Positions 46,770 to 53,578 of a stretch of DNA of 64,000 nt are shown here, one piece after another (the first letter of the stretch is position 1; every line of letters begins with the position of its first letter). The DNA lies in the NCBI GenBank assembly GCA_050290145.1, contig JBNKHC010000307.1, positions 2,772 through 66,771 on the forward strand, in the 5' to 3' direction. This stretch comes from Kiloniellaceae bacterium (lineage in GTDB: Bacteria; Pseudomonadota; Alphaproteobacteria; Kiloniellales; Kiloniellaceae). The position numbers were made by a program, and so were the translations under genes. Below the pieces are notes generated by a model. It was given only the letters and a program-made list of their open reading frames with translations, was not told the origin of the DNA and did not search any database.

Positions 46770-48410
46770 ATGCCTCGCGAAATTGATGATCTGCTGGCGC
46801 GCCACAAGCGCCTGAAGGACCAGCGCCGCGTCTGGGAAAGCCACTGGCAGGAGTTGGCGGAGGTGATGCTGCCGCGCCGTGCCGACTTCACAACGCAAAA
46901 GACGGACGGCGAACGGCGGACCCAGCACCTTTTCGACGGCACACCGATGCTGGCGCGGCGCGGCCTGGCGGCGGCCATCGACGGCCTGCTGAAGCCCAAG
47001 ACCGCCCGTTGGTTCCGGGTAAAGACGATGGACGATGCCCTGGGCGAGGACGAGGGCGTGAAGCGCTGGCTGGAGATCGCCGAGGAGCGGCTCTACCGCG
47101 CCATCTACAGCCGCCGCGCCCGCTTCATCCAGCGCTCCGGCGAGGTGGACGAGGACCTGGTGACCTTCGGCAGCGGCGTGCTGTTCATCGGCGAGGGGCG
47201 CGAGCTGAACCGCCTGTTGTTTCGCTCCTACCACCTGAAGGACGTGGTGCTGAGCGAAAACGCCGACGGCGAGATTGACAGCCTGTTCATCACCCTGCGC
47301 CTGACGGCGCGGCACGCGGCGCAGCGTTTCGGCGAGGCGGCGCTGGGGAAGGACACCCGCGAGGCGCTGAAGGCGGGGGAGGCGGACAAGGAGTTCACCT
47401 TCCTGCAGGCGGTCATGCCGCGCGAAGAGCGCGACCGAAGGCGCCGTGACAACAAGAACCTGCCCTATGCTTCGCTCATCGTCGACGTGCAGTCCGAGCA
47501 CCTGGTGAGCGAAAGCGGCTACCACGAGTTTCCCTTCGCGGTGCCGCGCTGGGACACGAGCTCGGGCGAGGTCTACGGCCGCTCCCCCGGCATGATCGCC
47601 CTGCCGGACGCCAACACCCTGCAGCAGATGGGCAAGACCCTGCTGGTCGCCGGGCACAAGGCGGTCGACCCGCCTCTGCTGGTGGGCGACGATTCCGTGC
47701 TGGGCACGCCGAAGACCTTCCCCGGCGGCATCACCACCTTCGACATGCAGGCGGCGCGCGACCTGGGCCGCATTCCCATCGAGCCGCTGCAGACCGGTTT
47801 CAACCTGCCGCTGGGTCGCGAGATGCAGAAGGACGCCCGCGACCAGATCTGGGCCGCCTTCTTCCGCAACGTGCTGCAGCTGCCCGTCGACGCGCCGCGC
47901 ATGACGGCGACGGAGGTCCTGGAGCGCAAGGAGGAGTTCATCCGCACCATCGGACCGGTCTTCGGGCGGCTGGAGAGCGACTACATCGGCCAGGTGGTGG
48001 AGCGCAGCTTCAACATCCTGCTGCGCGCCGGCGCCTTTCCGCAGCCGCCGGAGATCCTGCAGGGCCAGGAGGTGGTCTTCGACTACGCCAGCCCGGTGGA
48101 GCAGGCGCGCCGCCAGATCGAGGCGGCGGGCGCGGCGCGCTCGGTGGAGCTGCTGGCGCCCTTCGTGCAGGCCGACCCGAGCATCCTCGACAACTTCGAC
48201 GGCGACGCCATCGCCCGCGATACGCCGGAAATCTTCGGCATGCCGCAGCGCTGGTTGCGTCCCAAGGAGGAGGTCGACGGCCGCCGCGAAGGCCGCCAGC
48301 AGGCCGACCAGGCAGACGCCCTGCTGCAAGGGGCGGCGGAGGCCGCCGGCGGCGGCGCAGGGGGAGGCGGCGTGCTGCAACAGCTTCTGCAAGGGGGCGC
48401 ACCGCAGTGA
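46770..48410 (+). CDS. Portal (head-to-tail connector) protein, T7 gp8/BPP-1-type
   Basis: 546 aa. Position and sequence (LLARHKRLKDQRRVWESHWQELAEVMLPRR...) fit the podoviral head-tail connector family. Confidence 0.85.
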   Translation: MPREIDDLLARHKRLKDQRRVWESHWQELAEVMLPRRADFTTQKTDGERRTQHLFDGTPMLARRGLAAAIDGLLKPKTARWFRVKTMDDALGEDEGVKRWLEIAEERLYRAIYSRRARFIQRSGEVDEDLVTFGSGVLFIGEGRELNRLLFRSYHLKDVVLSENADGEIDSLFITLRLTARHAAQRFGEAALGKDTREALKAGEADKEFTFLQAVMPREERDRRRRDNKNLPYASLIVDVQSEHLVSESGYHEFPFAVPRWDTSSGEVYGRSPGMIALPDANTLQQMGKTLLVAGHKAVDPPLLVGDDSVLGTPKTFPGGITTFDMQAARDLGRIPIEPLQTGFNLPLGREMQKDARDQIWAAFFRNVLQLPVDAPRMTATEVLERKEEFIRTIGPVFGRLESDYIGQVVERSFNILLRAGAFPQPPEILQGQEVVFDYASPVEQARRQIEAAGAARSVELLAPFVQADPSILDNFDGDAIARDTPEIFGMPQRWLRPKEEVDGRREGRQQADQADALLQGAAEAAGGGAGGGGVLQQLLQGGAPQ

Positions 48411-48742
48411 CCCCGATGCTGCGTCTGTTCCGCAAGGGACCGCCCGGCCGGCCGGACCCCGACGCCTTCTTCGCGGCGCTGCGCCGGGCCTCGCTGGGCG
48501 AGCGCTACACCGCCATCGACCGCTACCGCGACTTCCGCGCCGTGTTCTTCGGGGAGTCGACGCCGCAGCAGGGCAAGCGGGTGCTGTGGCAGATCCTGGA
48601 ATGGTGCCGCCTTTTCCGTCCGGTGAGCGCGCCGGGCGACCCGCACGAGACCTACCGCCGTGACGGCGAGCGCAACATCGGCCTCAAGATCTTCATGACC
48701 CTGAACGCCGAACCGGACGAGCCGATTCCGCCCCAGGAGTAA
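48407..48742 (+). CDS. Small conserved post-portal protein (Bbp19-like, from memory)
   Basis: 111 aa overlapping the portal stop. Has the ...RRDGERNIGLKIFMTL.. motif. Confidence 0.4.
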   Translation: MTPMLRLFRKGPPGRPDPDAFFAALRRASLGERYTAIDRYRDFRAVFFGESTPQQGKRVLWQILEWCRLFRPVSAPGDPHETYRRDGERNIGLKIFMTLNAEPDEPIPPQE

Positions 48743-48745
48743 GCC

Positions 48746-50635
48746 ATGACCGACGATGCCTCCCCGGAGGCTGCCGGCGAGACCGCCGGCGGCCCGCTTC
48801 CTGCTGCGCGCGATATGCGCTTCGTCATCCGCAAGGTACCGCCGCCGACGGCGGCGGAACGCCAGGCGCGGCGCGACGCCATGGAACGGGCGATCCGGTT
48901 CGGCGCGGCGCCCTACCGCGACGGCGATGGCAAGTCGCGCTACGTCTTCTTCCGGGAAGCCAACAACGCGCCGGTCGAGGCCTGGCGGCGCGACCGAGAG
49001 GCCAAGCGCCGCTATCGCCGCACGCAGCAGGCGCGTAAGGCCGCGGGTCAGATGGCCTGGCATCCTGAGGACCAGATCGAGCTCGCCAAACGCCTGGGGG
49101 CGATCTACCACCGCGAGGGCCGCAGTGTTGAGGGGGCTGCCGAACGCGGGCTCTACGACGCCATCTGGCGCTACGAGCACGTCTTCGACAGCTTCACGGT
49201 GCCCAGGCGCTACGGCCGCGACATCATCGACACCGGACGCATCGCCGCGGTGGCCGAGGAAGAGGGGCGCAGGTTGCAGGCCGAAGACCCCAGGGCCAAG
49301 GGTGGCTTCTGGGTGCGGGACCGCAAGAACAACGGCCTCATCTATGTGGTGCCCAATCCCGATCCCGAGATGGCGGCAGGGGATGGATTCTTTGCGGGCG
49401 AGGGCGCGGACAGCCTGGCCGGTGATGCCGGCATCGACAGCGCCCTGGAGCAGTTCTATCCCGCCGACGATTTTGATATCCCGACCGAGAGCTATGACCC
49501 CTCCGGGTTCTACCAGCTCGAAGAGGCGGAAGACGGCAGCGGCGTTTTGGTCCTGACCCCCAAAGGCTTCGGCGAGGGCGGTATGCAAGCCGCCGCCGAA
49601 AGACGCCGCGCGGGCCGCTACGAGATCGCTCAGACGACCCTGGACGACGTCTTCGACGGCATCGTCGCGGTGCTGGACAGCGGGCGCGACGCGGACGATC
49701 CGGCCTGGCAACAGCTTGCCCGCATCGCGGCGGAAGTGGCCCCCGGCACCGGCAACGTACTCAGCTCGCGCGAGGCCTACATCGCCTTCAAGGCCGCCGC
49801 GACGGCGATGGAGAAGGGCGACTGGGGCGAGGCGCTGCTGAACGGCGGCGAGGCGCTGTTCAACGCCGCCGGCGCGGTGCCGGCCTTCGGCGAGCTGCTG
49901 CGTCTCGGCAAGGGGGCGGTGAAGGTCGCCAACCTGCTATATCAGGTGGGCCGAACTACCGGCGCCCGTCCGGTGGTGGCCGCCATGGCCAGAAGCGCCG
50001 AAGAACTGGCGCCGCTGGTCAAGCGGTCAAAGCAGAGCCGGGGGCCCTTCAAGGCACTGGAGAAGACGCCGGGCGGCAACGAGGCCGCGCGCCTGGTGGA
50101 CCTGCGCCAGAAGGTGCGGCGCCGCCACTCCGGCGGCTTCTTCGAGCAGTCAGCCGAGCGCGCCTTCGAGGCGACGCGCTTTCCACCGCGCAACGCCATT
50201 GCCATAGAGCGGCGCGGGCTGGCGGCGACGGACATGGCGGTGACAGAGGCACTGTACGGCGGGAAGAGCGTGGTGCGTGACGCCATGTATCGTCATGGGG
50301 CCGGTCCCATCACTTTCTACTTCGGCGAGGCCGGCAACGCGGCGAAGAAGTACAGGGGCGGCAGCGGCTTGGCCCACATCATCGCCAAGCACGGCCCCGA
50401 GGTGATGCCCGAGGTCATCGAGACGATTTCGAAGGGGAGGCATACATTTGTAGGGAGTGGCGTCAATCAACGAATGATCATTCAACACAATGATCAGATC
50501 GTGATCCTCTCCCACTTCAATTTTGGCAGCGGCAAGCACGAGTCTTGGCTACTGACCGGATACCAAAAGGGCGATACCGACATCAACTTCGATCTCAGCC
50601 AGCTCACGGGGCCGCTGTTCTTCAAAGCGAACTAG
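48746..50635 (+). CDS. Polymorphic phage protein C4: conserved N-domain + RTX-like repeat + PT-TG-like helical region + C-terminal nuclease-like module
   Basis: 629 aa. Residues 1-207 are shared with C1 and C2. Residues ~325-400 (VAPGTGNVLSSREAYIAF...GEALLNGGEALFNAAGAVPAFG) resemble a pre-toxin TG domain. Residues ~455-629 carry GSGLAHIIAKHGPE...SWLLTGYQ, reminiscent of Barnase/EndoU/ColE5-like modules of phage polyvalent proteins. Confidence 0.75.
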   Translation: MTDDASPEAAGETAGGPLPAARDMRFVIRKVPPPTAAERQARRDAMERAIRFGAAPYRDGDGKSRYVFFREANNAPVEAWRRDREAKRRYRRTQQARKAAGQMAWHPEDQIELAKRLGAIYHREGRSVEGAAERGLYDAIWRYEHVFDSFTVPRRYGRDIIDTGRIAAVAEEEGRRLQAEDPRAKGGFWVRDRKNNGLIYVVPNPDPEMAAGDGFFAGEGADSLAGDAGIDSALEQFYPADDFDIPTESYDPSGFYQLEEAEDGSGVLVLTPKGFGEGGMQAAAERRRAGRYEIAQTTLDDVFDGIVAVLDSGRDADDPAWQQLARIAAEVAPGTGNVLSSREAYIAFKAAATAMEKGDWGEALLNGGEALFNAAGAVPAFGELLRLGKGAVKVANLLYQVGRTTGARPVVAAMARSAEELAPLVKRSKQSRGPFKALEKTPGGNEAARLVDLRQKVRRRHSGGFFEQSAERAFEATRFPPRNAIAIERRGLAATDMAVTEALYGGKSVVRDAMYRHGAGPITFYFGEAGNAAKKYRGGSGLAHIIAKHGPEVMPEVIETISKGRHTFVGSGVNQRMIIQHNDQIVILSHFNFGSGKHESWLLTGYQKGDTDINFDLSQLTGPLFFKAN

Positions 50636-50743
50636 AGGGGAAGGGGTGTGCCCCGGTGAACCCAGGGAGGCTTTTGACTCCGTTGGGCCTACGCACGATG
50701 GGCCTACGTCTTAGCTGTCCCACCGTGGGAGCGAGGCACTTGG
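50581..50743 (+). repeat. Direct repeat copy B (~160 bp), partner of 45884..46040
   Basis: Covers the last 18 codons of C4 plus ~105 nt downstream. Same hairpin and tgggcctacg duplication as copy A. Confidence 0.85.
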
Positions 50744-50783
50744 TGAAGATAGAGAGCGCCGCCGCAACCTTCAACACTACCGC

Positions 50784-51281
50784 TCAGCGGTAGACATAGC
50801 GCAGCTGGCGCTCGCCGCGCAGGGGGCAGGGCGGCCCCAGACCGTCGAAGCGGAAGCCGAGGCGCTCCAGCCACTCCCTGCTGGGGGCATGGTCGGGGTG
50901 GGCTTCCACCACAATGCTGTGCAGACCGTAGTGGCGTATGAGCCGCGGCAAGGCGCGGGCGAAAGCGCGGAACAGGCTCTGCCGGGTGCGGCGGCAGAGC
51001 GGCGCCGAAAGGAAGGCCCAGGCCTTGGCCTGCAGGCCCTCGATCACCAGACCGACGCAGGCCACGACCTCGCCGCTCCACAGGAGGGTGAGGGCAGGCC
51101 CGTTACGATAGTAGGCCATCGCGAAGCGCTGCAGGGAGCGGCGCAGCATCGGCGCGGGCTCCAACTCGGCAAGGTGGGTGTTGCTGAAGGGAACGAGGCC
51201 GAGCGCCGCACCCGCCGCCGCCGCGGATTGGGCCGCCTTGCGCCTCTGGCCCGTGGGAACCTGGCTTTCCGTCGTCTGCAT
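50784..51281 (-). CDS. GNAT-like small protein, paralog 1 (convergent with C4)
   Basis: 165 aa. Collinear with 58748..59179 (VPF..HLA.L.P...A.AY..GPA.TL....C.GL.IEG....AWAFLS...EAH....R.WL.RLGF). Confidence 0.55.
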   Translation of the reverse strand: MQTTESQVPTGQRRKAAQSAAAAGAALGLVPFSNTHLAELEPAPMLRRSLQRFAMAYYRNGPALTLLWSGEVVACVGLVIEGLQAKAWAFLSAPLCRRTRQSLFRAFARALPRLIRHYGLHSIVVEAHPDHAPSREWLERLGFRFDGLGPPCPLRGERQLRYVYR

Positions 51282-51337
51282 GGTCTTCCTCCGTGTTGTG
51301 CGGCGGGTTTCAGTCTCCTCTCTTATCTCTACGCAAG

Positions 51338-51350
51338 ATTGTAATCGAAT
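51338..51350. promoter_or_regulatory. ATTGTAAT-CGAAT motif in the divergent region before the scaffold gene
   Basis: attgtaatcgaat. One-mismatch relative of the ATTGCAAT sites. Confidence 0.25.
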
Positions 51351-51478
51351 TAAGGCGTAAATTTGTCATTCCCCCGGAATCTGCGGGCAGAGTGGACCCA
51401 TAGGTTGAGGCGATCCCGATCTGGGAACGGGGTGCCCAGCGTTTCACAGTCTCGAAAAAGCAAAAGAGGACGGACCCG

Positions 51479-52345
51479 ATGAGCGACAATCCGGTAACGG
51501 CAGGCGAGCCCGAGACACTAACTTCCGGCGGCGAGCCCGGCACACCCGGCGGCGGCGACTGGCGCGGCGCCATAGCCGACCCGGGCCTGCGGCGGGTGGC
51601 CGAGAAGTTCACCTCGCCGGCCGAAGTGGTGAAATCCTACGCCGCCCTGCAGAGCCGGCTCGGCCGCTCGGTGGTGAAACCGGGACCCGATGCAAGCGCG
51701 GAGGAGTTAGCCAGCTACCGTCGCCAGCTCGGCGTGCCGGAAAGCTCCGCGGGCTACCAAGTGAGCCTTCCGGAAGACCTGCCGGAGCAACTGCGTGCCG
51801 ATCCGGCGGGCGCGGCGCTGCAGCGCAATTTCCTGCAGGCCATGCACGAGGCCGGCGCCAGCAACGAGGTCGTGCAGAAGGCGCTCGACTGGTACTACGG
51901 CAACGTGACGCAAAGCCTGACCCAGCAGGCGCAGTCGGTGGCCGAACGCCGCGCCGAGGCGGAAGCCAGCCTGCGCCACGAGTGGGGCGGGGACCACGAG
52001 CGCAACCTGACCTTCGCCCAGCGCGCGGTGCAGTCTTTCGGCGACGATAGCTTCGTCGACTTCCTGGAGAGCCAGGAGGTGGAGGGCGTGAGACTGGGCG
52101 ACCACCCGGCCTTCGTGCGCGCCTTCGCCGCCATCGGCCGGGCCATGGGTGAAGACGTCCCCTTGAGCGGCGCGGGGGCGAGCGGCGGCAGCAGCCTGCA
52201 GGCGCGCATCGACGCCCTCCACGCCCTGCAGGACAGCGACCCGCAGAAGTACGCTTCCCGCGCCGTGCAGGGCGAGCTGCAGTCGCTCTACGCCCGCCTC
52301 TACGGCGGCCAGCCGGTAGTGGGCAGCGAAGGACGGCGGCTGTGA
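51479..52345 (+). CDS. Scaffolding protein (by position and composition)
   Basis: 288 aa, acidic and Ala/Gln-rich, predicted helical, between the portal block and the capsid gene. Confidence 0.55.
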   Translation: MSDNPVTAGEPETLTSGGEPGTPGGGDWRGAIADPGLRRVAEKFTSPAEVVKSYAALQSRLGRSVVKPGPDASAEELASYRRQLGVPESSAGYQVSLPEDLPEQLRADPAGAALQRNFLQAMHEAGASNEVVQKALDWYYGNVTQSLTQQAQSVAERRAEAEASLRHEWGGDHERNLTFAQRAVQSFGDDSFVDFLESQEVEGVRLGDHPAFVRAFAAIGRAMGEDVPLSGAGASGGSSLQARIDALHALQDSDPQKYASRAVQGELQSLYARLYGGQPVVGSEGRRL

Positions 52346-52367
52346 AGAAAGGGCCGGAGCTGCCTTC

Positions 52368-52673
52368 CTAATTGCCTTTCAGTCTGGTCGATGGCGTGGC
52401 CCCGGACCTCGAGTCCGCCTTTTTGCAGTGCACCACGTTGTCCTTCATGGAGCACTCGGCCTTGATCAGACCGGGGCCGCAGTTCAGCCCTTGCGGTCCG
52501 GAATTGCAGTTGGTGCAGCCGCCGGCGGGACACCACTTGCAGCAGGCGGGAAACTCGGTCTGCCCGGGCGGCGGCGCCTTTAACATCACGGGGCCTTCTT
52601 GGGCCTGAGCGACATTGGTCAGGAACATGAGCGCGCCGATGAGAGCGGCGCAGAGTCCGATTCTGATAGGCAT
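52368..52673 (-). CDS. Secreted 8-Cys mini-protein, paralog 1
   Basis: 101 aa with signal peptide ...LTNVAQAQ. Core FPACCKWCPAGGCTNCN...LNCGPGLIKAECSMKDNVVHC. ATG with an aagga RBS. Confidence 0.65.
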   Translation of the reverse strand: MPIRIGLCAALIGALMFLTNVAQAQEGPVMLKAPPPGQTEFPACCKWCPAGGCTNCNSGPQGLNCGPGLIKAECSMKDNVVHCKKADSRSGATPSTRLKGN

Positions 52674-52706
52674 GGTTCGGTCCTTGTCAGTGCGGCCAGA
52701 CGACGG

Positions 52707-53024
52707 TCAGCCGTCGTCGCGGATGCAGGTCGCCTTGTTGTCGACGACCTGGCACTTTGCCTTGATCAGGCCGGAGCCGCAGTTGAGCTGTGGCGTGTTC
52801 GGATAGGCGTTGCAACCGGTGCAGCCGCCTGCCGGACAGGCCGAGCAGCAGGCCTCGAAGCGCTGCTTGCCTGGTGGGACCGACTTCAGCGACGAAGGGC
52901 CGGTCGCCGTCGGGCGCGGCGGTTCGGCCGGCGAGGTGTTGCTCTTGAGCTGCGCCTGGGCGGCGCCGCCAATGGCCATGGCAGTGCAGAGAAAAGCAAT
53001 GGAAATTAGATGCTTGAGGCTCAT
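52707..53024 (-). CDS. Secreted 8-Cys mini-protein, paralog 2
   Basis: 105 aa with signal peptide ...IGGAAQAQ. Core FEACCSACPAGGCTGCN...LNCGSGLIKAKCQVVDNKATC. Strong gggagga RBS. Confidence 0.65.
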   Translation of the reverse strand: MSLKHLISIAFLCTAMAIGGAAQAQLKSNTSPAEPPRPTATGPSSLKSVPPGKQRFEACCSACPAGGCTGCNAYPNTPQLNCGSGLIKAKCQVVDNKATCIRDDG

Positions 53025-53200
53025 CGTTCAGGTCCTCCCTGTCCGAGGTACCAATGAGACCGGGCGATCGTGAAGGGCAACTGCCCGGATCGGAGGCCGC
53101 GCTCCAATAGGCGCGCTTTGCGATGGCCTTCACCGCCAAGCAGCGCGGCGTCACCGAAAGCAGCTGAGTGCAATCGCAACCGATATGTTATCTGCACTTT

Positions 53201-53222
53201 ATTGCAATGTCGCCATTGCAAT
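53201..53222. promoter_or_regulatory. 22-bp near-perfect palindrome ATTGCAATG-N4-CATTGCAAT
   Basis: attgcaatgtcgccattgcaat, with one mismatched pair. Two self-complementary ATTGCAAT octamers lie 14 bp apart in the 554-bp gap between the Cys-rich gene and the capsid gene. Confidence 0.5.
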
Positions 53223-53243
53223 TTCGGTGTAGCGGCAGAGGGT

Positions 53244-53408
53244 ATGGAAAAGGCTGCGGCTAGAGTAGCCGAAAGCCAACATGCCGGCGGCCCGCTTGCT
53301 CCCGCGTCTGATATGCCTTCTTTCGCCCTTCGCGAGTTGCCGCAGCCGACCCCAGGTCCAGAGTCATACAGGATACCCAGAGTCATACAGGATACAGGGA
53401 CACCCTGA
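53244..53408 (+). pseudogene. C5: degenerate 5' fragment of the polymorphic family
   Basis: MEKAAARVAESQHAGGPLAPASDMPSFALRELPQPTPG aligns with ..AGADAGGPLAPARAVPEFTIRKVPPPTA of C2. The DNA string atgccggcggcccgcttgc is identical to C2. Homology ends at the 19-bp tandem repeat. Confidence 0.5.
53358..53395. repeat. Perfect tandem duplication, 2 x 19 bp (ccagagtcatacaggatac)
   Basis: Units at 53358-53376 and 53377-53395, read directly from the sequence. Confidence 0.9.
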
Positions 53409-53578
53409 CGGCCCCTGCAGCCTGGCATCTTTCCGCAATCCGTAAGGCCCTCTAAGCGGCCCGAGGCGGCCTGATCCTGCGCCTTCCCGGGGCAGGGCAG
53501 GGACCCGCATACCTAGCCGCTCTCCCGGATAACCGACCGGAGCGCTCACCCCCACTTCCTTTATAGAGGAGATGTGCG

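Noticed and set aside
53423-53437. Sigma-54-like element tggcatctttccgca upstream of the capsid gene.
   Set aside because: The GG-to-GC spacing is one base short of the TGGCAC-N5-TTGC consensus, and no bEBP activator gene is seen nearby.
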